Positions 30,869 through 40,869 of a DNA stretch of 64,000 nucleotides are shown piece by piece. How positions within the stretch are numbered: position 1 is the stretch's first letter; the number at the start of each line of letters is the position of its first letter. This stretch comes from Microcoleus sp. (GTDB taxonomy: Bacteria > Cyanobacteriota > Cyanobacteriia > Cyanobacteriales > Microcoleaceae), in assembly GCA_042408215.1 (NCBI GenBank), contig JAYFMW010000006.1:352001-416000 (forward strand). The letters are read 5' to 3'. Under the pieces are notes generated by a model. It was not told where the DNA came from and did no database searches. It worked only from the letters and a program-made list of their open reading frames with translations. Made by a program: the position numbers and the translations under genes.

Positions 30869-31942
30869 ATGGGCGCCGAAAGTACAATCAACGAAACCGA
30901 GCAGCTCCCGCTGGTAGTAAATCCCGACATCCTCCAGCAAGCTATCCTCTACAAAATTAATACTCGAATTACGGCTCGCGGAGAATTAGTTTTCCCCTGC
31001 GTTCCAGGGATGCTAAACCACTATCTCAAGTCGATAGAACAGCTATTTAGCACTCTAGACCGACCATTACCAGCAGAACGAAGAGAGGAACTCAGTAAGC
31101 TTTTAGCCACCAAATTAGAACAAGGATATCGCACTTCCACAGCTTCGATGCTGATCCTGCAATACGAATCAGTTCAGCCGCCGGAAACCGGTTTAGCTTG
31201 CAAAGTGATAGTTACTACTTCAACAGTTGGAGAGCAGTATAAAAGTTGGGTAGATACCAGAGAACCTCCTCTCTTTGGCTCTCATCCAGATGCAAAATTG
31301 ATCGCAATCGCGACTAAATTGGGCAATCCTCACCAAGTGCGGATTTTGGATGTGGGAGCTGGTACGGGCCGCAATACTTTACCTTTGGCGAGATTGGGAT
31401 ATTCTGTAGATGCGATCGAACTAACCCCCACTTTTGCAGAACAATTGCAGGCCTCTGCAACCGCCGAAAAATTGCCCGTGACAGTAACTCAAGGCGATGT
31501 GCTCGACCCCTTGGTGCGGATGAAGCCGGCCCGCTACCAACTCGCAGTTGCAGCCGAAGTCATCTCTCATTTTCGAGACAGCGACGAAGTTCGGCTTTTC
31601 CTAGCCAAAATGTGCGATTCCCTCTGTCCCGGAGGTGTGTTGCTCTTCAGCACATTTTTAGCCGTCGGCGACTACCAGCCAGATGCCCTCGTGCGACAAG
31701 TCGCCCAACTTTCCTGGTCTACTTTATTTACAACCCAAGAACTTGCCGCCGCAATGGAAGGGTTGCCCTTAGTACAAATATCCGATGAATTGGTGTTTGA
31801 GTACGAACGCCATCACCTACCGGCAGGAGCCTGGCCACCTACGCCCTGGTTTTCCAGTTGGGCTAGCGGTAGAGATGTCTTCCCGATCGCCAATGGACGC
31901 CCTCCGATGGAATTACGCTGGATTTTGTGCCGCAGAAGTTAA
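30869..31942 (+). CDS. Class I SAM-dependent methyltransferase with N-terminal extension
   Basis: ILDVGAGTGRN motif I. Confidence 0.85.
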   Translation: MGAESTINETEQLPLVVNPDILQQAILYKINTRITARGELVFPCVPGMLNHYLKSIEQLFSTLDRPLPAERREELSKLLATKLEQGYRTSTASMLILQYESVQPPETGLACKVIVTTSTVGEQYKSWVDTREPPLFGSHPDAKLIAIATKLGNPHQVRILDVGAGTGRNTLPLARLGYSVDAIELTPTFAEQLQASATAEKLPVTVTQGDVLDPLVRMKPARYQLAVAAEVISHFRDSDEVRLFLAKMCDSLCPGGVLLFSTFLAVGDYQPDALVRQVAQLSWSTLFTTQELAAAMEGLPLVQISDELVFEYERHHLPAGAWPPTPWFSSWASGRDVFPIANGRPPMELRWILCRRS

Positions 31943-32436
31943 AAGCGAATTTTGAGATAATTTGATGCTGCGAAGAAAGTAAGTTTTTTCGTAACGGCCA
32001 GAGCAATTGCAACCCAATGAATAAGCGGTGATAGTTGTGCAACTTTGATTACTTTTAAAGGAATTAAATCGGCGATCGCTCAATATTCAGAAACTGCTAC
32101 ACAAAAATTAATAAAAATATATATTATTATGTAAACATAGTGAAGTTCGATCGCGACAGGTGCAGCTAAAGTTAAGATCGGACAAACTTATTCCTCAAGA
32201 TAGATGACATTTTGAGGAAAAAACATCATCTAATTGATTAGCTCGCTAGTCAGCGAAGCTCCTGAGCCAAAAATATGCTTTTGACACGCCCACTACAAGC
32301 GTTTGGAGCAATCTTCAGACACAAACCTTCAAATAATATCTCGATCGAGCAAAAAAGTAGTAAAAATTATTGGGAGGGGAATATTTCTCCCCATCCAAAT
32401 CAACAAAATGACTGGTGTATCCAACTGGAGATGCTG

Positions 32437-33165
32437 ATGAGTAACGTGAAATCTTCCTGCACCAACGAAGAAATTACCGCATGGCTGCGCGGATTGCTGA
32501 CAATTGCCTGGGCTGACGGCAATTTTGACGAAAACGAGCAAAAACTGATTGCTATTCTGACTCACGATGAATTACATCCCGTATCTTTGGAGGCTGGTTT
32601 TGAACCCATTACCCCTCTTGAACTAGCTGCTGTGTTAGGGAAAGGCACCGCCAAAGGCGAAAATTTCTTGAGAACCGCAGTCATGGTAGCCTTGGCAGAT
32701 GGTACTTATTCTTTCTGCGAAGATGAGGTACTCTACGGGTTTTGTAAGGCTTTGGGGCACAACGTAGAGGCGATCGCATCTCTGCGGCACACCATCGAAG
32801 ACAGCAAGTGCGATGATCCGCAGGGGCCCAGCAGCCAAATAGTCTTTGATTTGAATGCCACCCCCGCCGGAACACCCCTTTCATCTGGGCTACCTAAACC
32901 TCACCACAAAAAAGTCCTGCAACCAGTAAAAGACTGGCTCGACGGCTGGGATATCCACGACCCCAGGGTGGCACACTTTATCTGTAAAATTATTCCGCCG
33001 CAGTGTCCGTTTGAGCGCGATATCATGTTATTTGGTCACAAAATCGTGCACATTCCGGCGATGTGCCAGATTAACCCGCTTTACGAACAGTTGGTGGGGA
33101 TGCGCTTTCGGGCTCTGTGCTATTTGGCAGATGATTGCGGCGAGGATGTATCGTCATACTGTTAG
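32437..33165 (+). CDS. TerB-like plus 'Mo-dependent nitrogenase C-terminal domain' protein
   Basis: AWADG / ALADG TerB motifs; IPPQCPFERD..IP.MC.INPLYEQL..RFRAL.YLAD; start placed after GGAG. Confidence 0.85.
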   Translation: MSNVKSSCTNEEITAWLRGLLTIAWADGNFDENEQKLIAILTHDELHPVSLEAGFEPITPLELAAVLGKGTAKGENFLRTAVMVALADGTYSFCEDEVLYGFCKALGHNVEAIASLRHTIEDSKCDDPQGPSSQIVFDLNATPAGTPLSSGLPKPHHKKVLQPVKDWLDGWDIHDPRVAHFICKIIPPQCPFERDIMLFGHKIVHIPAMCQINPLYEQLVGMRFRALCYLADDCGEDVSSYC

Positions 33166-33253
33166 TAGTCATTAGTCATTAGTCATTAGTCATTAGTCAT
33201 TAGTCAGCAGTCATTAGTCATTAGTCAGCAGTCATTAGTCATTAGTCAGCAGC
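33162..33253 (+). repeat. STRR (TTAGTCA/GCAGTCA)n
   Basis: Tandem heptamers, reverse complement of the 33426-33661 tract. Confidence 0.92.
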
Positions 33254-33425
33254 AATAAATTCTGCACAGACGACTAAGTGCAGAAGTTTACGAGCAAACT
33301 AAAAAAGATGATAATTATACTCGGACTTGGTATAATGAATGACTGCTGACTAATAGACTTCTCCTCTCAAAGCAGGTTTTGAACAGGCTTTCCTGCCTGT
33401 TACACAATAATTATGGGAGATGTGT

Positions 33426-33661
33426 AATGACTAATGACTAATGACTCATGACTAATGACTAATGACTCATGACTCATGACTCATGACTACTGACCAATGA
33501 CTAATGACTAATGACTCATGACTAATGACTAATGACTAATGACTAATGACTCATGACTACTGACCAATGACTAATGACTCATGACTAATGACTAATGACT
33601 CATGACTAATGACTCATGACTAATGACTAATGACCAATGACTAATGACTACTGACTAATAA
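33426..33661 (+). repeat. STRR (TGACTAA/TGACTCA)n
   Basis: About 235 bp of tandem heptamers ending just before the obgE start. Confidence 0.95.
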
Positions 33662-33668
33662 CTAAATT

Positions 33669-34709
33669 ATGCAATTTATCGATCGAGCAGATATTCAAGT
33701 CGCAGCAGGAAAAGGCGGCGACGGTATGGTAGCTTTTCGCAGAGAAAAGTATGTACCAGCGGGGGGGCCCTCTGGCGGCACAGGCGGCAAGGGCGGTTCT
33801 GTGTTTATGGTGGCGGTGGAAAGTTTGCAAACCCTGCTGGATTTTCAGTACAACCGCATTTTTAAAGCCGAAGACGGGAAGCGGGGCGCACCGAAAAATA
33901 TGACGGGTGCTGGAGGGGACGATCGGATTATTGAAGTTCCCTGCGGTACAGTAGTTTACGACGCCGAAACTCAGGCAATCTTAGCAGATTTGGTGACACC
34001 CGGACAGACTTTTTGCGTAGCTAAAGGCGGCAAAGGCGGTTTGGGAAATAAGTGTTTTCTGACTAATTCTAACCGCGCTCCCGATTATGCGATGCCGGGA
34101 AAGGAAGGAGAACACAAATTTTTGCGTCTGGAATTGAAGCTATTAGCTGAAGTGGGAATTCTTGGTATGCCGAATGCTGGCAAATCTACCTTAATTTCAG
34201 CTTTGTCTGCGGCTCGCCCCAAAATAGCAGATTATCCGTTTACAACTTTAGTCCCGAATTTGGGTGTAGTCAGAAAACCGACTGGAGATGGTACTGTTTT
34301 TGCTGATATTCCGGGATTAATTGAAGGAGCTCATGAAGGTGCGGGTCTGGGTTACGAGTTTTTGCGGCACATCGAACGGACTCGGTTGTTACTCCATTTG
34401 ATTGATGTTACAGATGAAGCTCCGATCGCCAATTACATCACAATTCAGGAAGAATTGAAAGCTTACAGGCGTGGTTTAGCCAATCGCCCGCAGATTTTGG
34501 CTTTTAATAAGGTAGATGCGATCGATCTCGAAAGCGAAGAAATGGGTAATTTAATCAGCAGACTTCAAGAAATCAGTGGCGCTCCTGTTTTGTTGATTTC
34601 CGCCGTTAGTAGAGTTGGATTAGATGAATTGATGCACCAGGTTTGGCAGAAACTCGACGAGATGAACGAGAAAGAGGCGGCGGAACTCTTAGCCGTCGCG
34701 AGTGTTTAA
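33669..34709 (+). CDS. obgE: GTPase ObgE/CgtA
   Basis: FID..AGKGGDG..FRREKYVP.GGP; GMPNAGKST, DYPFTT, DIPG, NKVD. Confidence 0.98.
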   Translation: MQFIDRADIQVAAGKGGDGMVAFRREKYVPAGGPSGGTGGKGGSVFMVAVESLQTLLDFQYNRIFKAEDGKRGAPKNMTGAGGDDRIIEVPCGTVVYDAETQAILADLVTPGQTFCVAKGGKGGLGNKCFLTNSNRAPDYAMPGKEGEHKFLRLELKLLAEVGILGMPNAGKSTLISALSAARPKIADYPFTTLVPNLGVVRKPTGDGTVFADIPGLIEGAHEGAGLGYEFLRHIERTRLLLHLIDVTDEAPIANYITIQEELKAYRRGLANRPQILAFNKVDAIDLESEEMGNLISRLQEISGAPVLLISAVSRVGLDELMHQVWQKLDEMNEKEAAELLAVASV

Positions 34710-34819
34710 TCGCTTTCCGGTTCCTCGAATTTCGGTGAATCGGTAGGTGTTTTATTGAATTGGTCAAATCTTTAGGCTGTATGGCTGCTGCGGCAAACAT
34801 TTGATTCCCTTTGTCTGGA

Positions 34820-34924
34820 AAAAAGATGCACCCAAATCCCGATCGGGGATTGAAACCTGGTAAAGGGCGATCGATTGCAATATTTGGCCAGCAAACAACC
34901 CAAATCTGGCTCAGGGATTGAAAC
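34820..34924 (+). CRISPR. Degenerate orphan CRISPR-like unit: two repeats of about 37 nt and one spacer of about 31 nt
   Basis: ..CACCCAAATCCCGATCGGGGATTGAAAC (ends 34856) and ..AACCCAAATCTGGCTCAGGGATTGAAAC (ends 34924); no cas genes in the window. Confidence 0.55.
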
Positions 34925-34942
34925 GGAAATCAATATAGCAAA

Positions 34943-35260
34943 ATACAGCGTATCCCAGGTTTATGAAGTGCAGTAGGGACACTCAAGCGTGCCCTTCTTA
35001 GTGTCAACTTAACGTTAAACCCAGTCAGAGACTGCTGTTTGACTATTAAGGCCAGATCCCCCCTAGCCCCCCTTAAGAAGGGGGGGACAGGAGTCTTCTC
35101 AAAGTCCCCCTTCTTAAGGGGGATTTAGGGGGATCTAGACTTGGCGTAAAACCCAGATTTCTCAAGGGTTTCAGGCTTAAGTTGACACCTATGGGCACGC
35201 TTGAGTGTCCCTACGGGGATCGATAGGCGGGTGTACTTCATAAACCTGCAATCTGCTGTA
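34943..35260. mobile_element. Nested MITE, copy C
   Basis: Same outer TIR, GTGTCAACTTAA shell and G/C-run core as copies A and B. Confidence 0.85.
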
Positions 35261-35505
35261 GATTTACCGGGTAACTTACCCGACATTTAACTAGCGTTTC
35301 CTAGCCGATAGTAATGATGAATTCATCCTCGTACTCGGTCAAGCCATCCCTCGTCCGAAGTATCTCCCAAATCTCATAGACATTTCTAAAAACTCTTGTG
35401 GTGTAGGCATCCTGCCAGCCCTTGACTGGATTTTTCCCAGATGTCTAATATAGTCAGATGGGATTGCAATTTAATATCGATCGCTAGTATTGCACAGTTG
35501 TTCAC

Positions 35506-35904
35506 TCATTGGGATAACTGGCGAATTGGCCCATTGTAATTAACTCTCACCCTTCCATTGTGAGAAACCGTAACAACAGTTTCTACAGTATAGACAGACG
35601 CACCGGGTTTGTGTCCTTGAAAAATAAAAGTCCAAGTCCCATTACCATTGTCTACAAAAGGCGATTCTTGAGCAGGACCGTGCATAGCAGCTTCGGCTCG
35701 ATATTTACCTAAACCGCCGTTAGCAACTTCTGCTGCTTGACGAGCTAGATTTTTTGCCCGACTCAGTTCGAGATTATTGTCAATTATGATCGCCCTGTCG
35801 GCTTCATATCGAGGTGCAGGATGAGCATTACTCAAGGTGGGGAAGACTCCAACAGCTAAAGTTGAGAGCGCTACCAGACAAGCAAGTCGGATGTTGAGTT
35901 TCAT
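35506..35904 (-). CDS. Secreted conserved hypothetical protein, tandem paralog 1
   Basis: Signal peptide; LSRAKNLARQAAEVANGGLGKYRAE..MHGP; near-identical to 36256..36654. Confidence 0.85.
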   Translation of the reverse strand: MKLNIRLACLVALSTLAVGVFPTLSNAHPAPRYEADRAIIIDNNLELSRAKNLARQAAEVANGGLGKYRAEAAMHGPAQESPFVDNGNGTWTFIFQGHKPGASVYTVETVVTVSHNGRVRVNYNGPIRQLSQ

Positions 35905-36255
35905 AAAACAAACTGATTTATAGTTTAGTAAACTCTACGAGACTTGCCCGAAAAAACCAGGTTGAATTTTCAATTTTTTATGTTTATTTTAGAATCAACC
36001 AGGGTGTTCTGTTTGTTGACAATGTAATTATGTCATTCTGAGCGAAGTGAAGAATGACACATAAGCTTTGCGTAAGTCCTGTTTTAGATTGATATTAAAT
36101 CCTCTCTTCATCGGAATGATATAAACGGAGGACACGGCTTGGCCTTAGTCCCTACAATTAATGGGGTAGGGACTAAGGCCAAGCCGTCTCCTCGGTATCA
36201 TTCCGATGCAACCGGAAACGATATGATGTACTGAGCTGTTTGCACAGTTGTTTAC

Positions 36256-36654
36256 TCATTGGGATAACTGACGAATTGGCCCATTGTAATCAACTCTCAC
36301 GGTTCCATCTTGAGAAACCGTAACAACAGTTTCTACAGTATAGACAGACGCACCGGGTTTTTGTCCTTTAAAAGTAAAAGTCCAACTCCCATCGCCATTG
36401 TCAACAAACGGCGATTCCTTAGCAGGACCGTGCATAGCAGTTTCAGCTCGATATTTACCTAAACCGCCGTTAGCAACTTCTGCTGCTTGACGAGCTAGAT
36501 TTTTTGCCCGACTCAGTTCGAGATTATTGTCAATTATTATCACCCTGTCGGCCTCATATTGAGGAGCAGGATTAGCATTACTCAAGGTGGGGGAGACTCC
36601 AACAGCTAAAATTGAGAGCGCTACCAGACAAGCAAGTCGGATGTTGATTTTCAT
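36256..36654 (-). CDS. Secreted conserved hypothetical protein, tandem paralog 2
   Basis: Same length (132 aa) and highly similar to paralog 1. Confidence 0.85.
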   Translation of the reverse strand: MKINIRLACLVALSILAVGVSPTLSNANPAPQYEADRVIIIDNNLELSRAKNLARQAAEVANGGLGKYRAETAMHGPAKESPFVDNGDGSWTFTFKGQKPGASVYTVETVVTVSQDGTVRVDYNGPIRQLSQ

Positions 36655-36859
36655 AAAACAAATTGATTTATAGTTTGATCAATTCTAGGAGAATTGCGCC
36701 GAAAAAACCCGGTTGAATTTTCAATTTTTCACCTGACTTACGCAACTGGCACATGGGTAGGGTGCGTCAGAACCCAAAAACCTGTTTTCAGCGAAATAAT
36801 CGATGTCTGACGCACCATACAATCTGCTGTAACTTGCCAGAAAAAACCAGGTTGAATTT

Positions 36860-38527
36860 TCAATTGTTTATTTTTATTTTAGAATCAACCTGCGCTTCCC
36901 CGTCGTTCAAATAGCGGTAACTTATCCGAGAAATATCCCGAATCAAACTTCCAGCAGCCTTCTCGGTTTCCGGGGAATGCTTCACCATCACCGCCACTAC
37001 ATAACGCTTGTTGTTCGGCAAATCCACCATGCCGGCATCGGCCAGCATTGTATTAATATTGCCCGTTTTGTGAGCAATAGTCGCTCCTTCGCCCAAACCT
37101 TTTGGTAGCAAAGCATCATTCTGAGTTTGCCGCATGATTTGCAAGATGCGATCGCGCGATTTCACCGAAACTAAATTACCCCGATCGATCTGAGCCATTA
37201 CATTAATCAAATCCTTCGGACTGGTAGTATTCGTTCCTTCCAAATCCGGCAACTTATTACGGAGCACAGTCGCGCTCAAACCCCAAGTTGCAAAATGCTG
37301 ATTCAAAACCTCAGCACCTCCCAACAACTCAATCATCATATTTGTCGCAGTATTATCGCTGACAACAATCATCTTTCTTGCGACTTCCAAAGCCGAATAC
37401 TTTCTACCCGGAGATTCGTCTTGCATTTCTCCAGAACCGCCCACAATGTGTTCTTCCCGCAGCGTCAGCATCTGATCTAAATGTACTTTGCCTTCATCTA
37501 CAGCTTGGAAAAAAGCTACTAAGATTGGCACTTTAATGGTGCTAGCTGAAGCAAAAGTAGCATCGCCATTCAAATTTAGGTAGCTTCCAGTATCTAAATC
37601 AACCAGAAATATTCCTGCTGTCAAATTAGCATTTTCGGTTGCCAAAACCTGAATTTGCGTTTTCAGGGCGGCTAATTCTTGATTTAGTTGCAGTACAACT
37701 GGGACAGCGGCTGTGGCGGAGTTGCTGTCACCTTCTGCTGGGTTTTTTTTGCCGTCGGCCGTGGCGGTGGTTGGGTCGGAGACAGCAGCCGTCGATCGAC
37801 TCACAGCACTCACCACTGACAACAGTGTCCCGCAAATCACCGCTATCCCAACTCCCAAAATCAGCAAGCGGGTAGCGTACACCAAGGGTGGCACGTTCCG
37901 AGGTGCAGGCCGTTTCCCCGGTTTAGCCATGCCTTGCGGGCGTGGTTTTGGGACAGGGCGTTTTTTGACCTGGGTCGGCATTTCAGTGTCTGCAATGCGC
38001 TCTGGGGGCGAACTGAGACGACTTCCGGGACGGGGTGCAGGGTTCCTTGGCTGCTGCAACTGGCTGTTGGGATTGCTGGCGATCGGGCTGACGTTTTCCC
38101 GATCGGCTCCGGGATCGAACAAATCGACAGTAGCGAGGCCTTTTTTGCGAGATTGACGGCTTTTGGATTGGGGAGTTTGGCTCTTTGCCGGTTTTTTGCG
38201 GCTAATTGCAGATTTGGGATTGGATAAAAAATCTGGTGTGTTCAATTCTGCGGGGGGAGTAGCCCCGGAATTGGCTCTATTTCTGCTGCGGCTTGTTGGT
38301 TGTGGCGGCAAAGTCGAAGGTACTGGTGCGGTAGGGGGAACTTCCGGCTTGGCTTTCTGTGGTTGCTTCTGGCTCCGACTCCCCGATTGGCCAGACTGAT
38401 TTGTTTGGCCCGACTTAGACGGCTTGGAGCCTGACTTGGGAGAGGATATTGAGGAGATCACTGAGAATATCGATCGCTTTGGAAACCGCTCTGCCACGTT
38501 TGACTCCTTCACCACTGTAAACTTCAA
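36860..38527 (-). CDS. Class A beta-lactamase-like serine hydrolase with long Pro/Ser/Lys-rich N-terminus and a TM anchor
   Basis: SASTIK (SxxK), SDN and HKTG motifs. Confidence 0.9.
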   Translation of the reverse strand: MKFTVVKESNVAERFPKRSIFSVISSISSPKSGSKPSKSGQTNQSGQSGSRSQKQPQKAKPEVPPTAPVPSTLPPQPTSRSRNRANSGATPPAELNTPDFLSNPKSAISRKKPAKSQTPQSKSRQSRKKGLATVDLFDPGADRENVSPIASNPNSQLQQPRNPAPRPGSRLSSPPERIADTEMPTQVKKRPVPKPRPQGMAKPGKRPAPRNVPPLVYATRLLILGVGIAVICGTLLSVVSAVSRSTAAVSDPTTATADGKKNPAEGDSNSATAAVPVVLQLNQELAALKTQIQVLATENANLTAGIFLVDLDTGSYLNLNGDATFASASTIKVPILVAFFQAVDEGKVHLDQMLTLREEHIVGGSGEMQDESPGRKYSALEVARKMIVVSDNTATNMMIELLGGAEVLNQHFATWGLSATVLRNKLPDLEGTNTTSPKDLINVMAQIDRGNLVSVKSRDRILQIMRQTQNDALLPKGLGEGATIAHKTGNINTMLADAGMVDLPNNKRYVVAVMVKHSPETEKAAGSLIRDISRISYRYLNDGEAQVDSKIKINN

Positions 38528-38551
38528 GTTTAAGATTTTTAATGTTGCTCG

Positions 38552-39400
38552 CTAGCTTTCTCCCTGAGTGTCGCCCGGACAATCCGGCAACGCCCCATCC
38601 AGAGTATCAGAAACTGGAGCGATCGCGTAGGATTTCAATGCCCATTCTACTTGGCGGAGGATGCCCCGCAACATGGAGACTTCATCAACAGTCGGATAGG
38701 CGCGATTATACAAATGGCGAAATTTTGCCATCCGGCTGGCTGCTGTGTGGGGATGCAAGTATCCTATTTTTAACAGCAAAGTTTCTAGTTGCTGGTAGTA
38801 TCCCTCTAAATTTTCAAAGGTAGCAGAGGCGATCGGAATTGAAGGATTTTCTTCCTCATTCCTTCTCTGTACCCTGAGCCCTTCGACTTCGATCGGGGTA
38901 AACGCAGTCGTTGGGTCTTCTTTTCTATATAATTCGTAGCAGCAGACAGCGACGGCTTGGGCGAGATTTAGGGATGTGTAAGCGTCGCTGGAGGGAATGC
39001 GGATTAGGCGCTGAGCATAGTTTAATTCGGCGTTGGTGAGGCCGCAGTCTTCTCGACCAAAAATTAGGGCGCTGGGGGCTTCTTTGAGCCAAGGTAAGGC
39101 ATCTGCGGGTTCTTCTCGCTTTGTTGCTAAGGGGCGATCGTCTCCTGTAGTTGCGATCGCCCTAGTACAGCCTACCAAAGCTTCGGGCAAACTCTCAACT
39201 ACTCTGGCATTTTCCAATATGTCGGCGGCGCGAACAGCCATTAGTCGAGCCTCTTCCCCTAAATAATCGCACTGGGGATTGACCAAAACTAATTGGTGCA
39301 AACCCATATTTTTCATCACGCGAGCTACAGAACCGACATTCAAAGGGCCTGCGGGTTCGACTAAGATAATTCGGATTTTGGCTGATGCCGTTTCTAGCAT
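38552..39400 (-). CDS. SPOUT RNA methyltransferase, TrmJ/LasT family
   Basis: ILVEP..NVGSVARVMKNMG, IFGRED.GLTN.EL, SLNLAQAV, LRGIL. Confidence 0.9.
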   Translation of the reverse strand: MLETASAKIRIILVEPAGPLNVGSVARVMKNMGLHQLVLVNPQCDYLGEEARLMAVRAADILENARVVESLPEALVGCTRAIATTGDDRPLATKREEPADALPWLKEAPSALIFGREDCGLTNAELNYAQRLIRIPSSDAYTSLNLAQAVAVCCYELYRKEDPTTAFTPIEVEGLRVQRRNEEENPSIPIASATFENLEGYYQQLETLLLKIGYLHPHTAASRMAKFRHLYNRAYPTVDEVSMLRGILRQVEWALKSYAIAPVSDTLDGALPDCPGDTQGES

Positions 39401-39404
39401 TTAA

Positions 39405-39625
39405 TTTGGGAATTGGTAATTGGGCATTGGGCATTGGGCATGGGGCATTGGTAATTGGGCATTGGTAATTGGTAATTGGGCATTGGTAATTGGTAATTGG
39501 TAATTGGCTATTAAAAAAATCACTAACAAGTAACCATTCCCGATTCCCGATTCCCGATTCCCGATTCCCGATTCTCGATTCCCGATTCTCGATTCCCGAT
39601 TCCCGATTCCCAATTCCCGATTCCC
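39405..39625 (+). repeat. Two STRR tracts, (TGGTAAT/TGGGCAT)n and (ATTCCCG)n
   Basis: Tandem heptamers at about 39405-39508 and 39536-39625. Confidence 0.92.
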
Positions 39626-39674
39626 TCACCTAACTGAGAAAGGCTATAGTCAATCTACTATTGTCAAAATTAGC

Positions 39675-39830
39675 ATGGCCAAGCAGATCTTGAAATCCGA
39701 TTTACCTACAAAAATGTGTCCGGTGTGCGATCGACCTTTTACTTGGCGCAAAAAATGGGCTGACTGTTGGGATGAGGTAAAATACTGCTCGGAGCGCTGC
39801 CGCCGTCGTCGCAATACCGATCGAGATTAA
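39675..39830 (+). CDS. DUF2256-family small Cys-rich protein (below the ORF-track cutoff)
   Basis: Manual translation [51 protein letters not shown]. Confidence 0.9.
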   Translation: MAKQILKSDLPTKMCPVCDRPFTWRKKWADCWDEVKYCSERCRRRRNTDRD

Positions 39831-39894
39831 GCATCTGTTGCAATTTGCCTCAACAACGCTAAGATTGCAAAAGAAAAATTTCAGGTTAGAAAAT

Positions 39895-40869
39895 ATGGCA
39901 TCGCAACAGGTACAACCAAAGCTAGTTATTCACGGCGGTGCCGGCAGTTCTCTCCAGGGTAAGGGCGGACTTGAGGCCGTGCGTAAATCGCTTTACAATG
40001 TTTTGGAGGAGGTTTATCCGCTGCTGAAAGACGGTGCGAGTGCTGTAGATGCAGTGGTGCGCGGCTGTCGGTTATTGGAAGATGACCCTCGCTTCAATGC
40101 GGGTACGGGTTCTGTGGTGCAGTCGGATGGTCAAATTCGGATGAGTGCTTCGCTGATGGATGGTTTTGTGCAGCGTTTCAGCGGGGCGATTAATGTTTCT
40201 CGCGTTCAGCATCCGATCGAACTTGCTAAATTTTTGCAGAGTTCGGACGATCGCGTACTCTCAGATTATGGCTCAGCGGAATTGCTGCGAGAACTTCAGT
40301 TACCGATTTACGATCCGATGACTGATTTGCGTTTGCACGAGTGGATGGAGGAACGCAAAGGTAATTTTAGCAGAGCAATGGCTGGAGTTGTCGCTGAACC
40401 GACCTCACCCCCCCTGTCCCCCCTTGGTAAGGGGGGAGAAAGGGGGGTAGGGACGATCGGAGTGGTAGCTTTGGATGCTGAGGGACGTTTGGCTGCGGGT
40501 ACTTCGACTGGCGGCAAGGGTTTTGAGCGCATTGGGCGAGTTAGCGATTCTGCGATGCCGGCAGGGAATTATGCGACTGGAAATGCGGCGGTAAGTTGTA
40601 CAGGAATTGGCGAACATATTATGGATGAATGTTTGGCTGCCAAAATTGTGATTCGGGTGACGGATGGTTTTAGTTTAAAAGCTGCTTTAGAGCGTTCTTT
40701 TGCTGAAGCTGACGAACATAAACGGGATTTTGGAGCAATTGGAATTGATGCTAGTGGTGCGATCGGCTGTGGTAAAACTAGCGATATACTTCTGGGTGCT
40801 TTTCACAACGGTATGGAAATGGGTGATACCTTGGAAATGAGCAAGGGAACGCTGATTTTTATTGCTTAA
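39895..40869 (+). CDS. Isoaspartyl peptidase/L-asparaginase (Ntn hydrolase)
   Basis: VIHGGAG, LEDDPRFNAGTGS, GTIGVVALD (catalytic Thr), STGG, GRVSDS, SCTGIGE. Confidence 0.92.
   Translation: MASQQVQPKLVIHGGAGSSLQGKGGLEAVRKSLYNVLEEVYPLLKDGASAVDAVVRGCRLLEDDPRFNAGTGSVVQSDGQIRMSASLMDGFVQRFSGAINVSRVQHPIELAKFLQSSDDRVLSDYGSAELLRELQLPIYDPMTDLRLHEWMEERKGNFSRAMAGVVAEPTSPPLSPLGKGGERGVGTIGVVALDAEGRLAAGTSTGGKGFERIGRVSDSAMPAGNYATGNAAVSCTGIGEHIMDECLAAKIVIRVTDGFSLKAALERSFAEADEHKRDFGAIGIDASGAIGCGKTSDILLGAFHNGMEMGDTLEMSKGTLIFIA

Noticed and set aside
32437..33165. Nitrogen fixation gene
   Set aside because: The domain name is historical; there are no nif motifs or nif neighbours
35366..35470. Possible third CRISPR repeat (cccaaatc...gggattgcaat) split by a TAGACAT..ATGTCTA element
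   Set aside because: After removing the insert the spacing is about 10 nt too long and the match is weak
36860..38527. Acquired antibiotic-resistance beta-lactamase
   Set aside because: Membrane-anchored serine hydrolase in housekeeping context; no evidence of mobility
39195..39629. 144-aa and 70-aa ORFs (GIGNRES / QLPITN repeats)
   Set aside because: Stop-free STRR translations with no protein-like content
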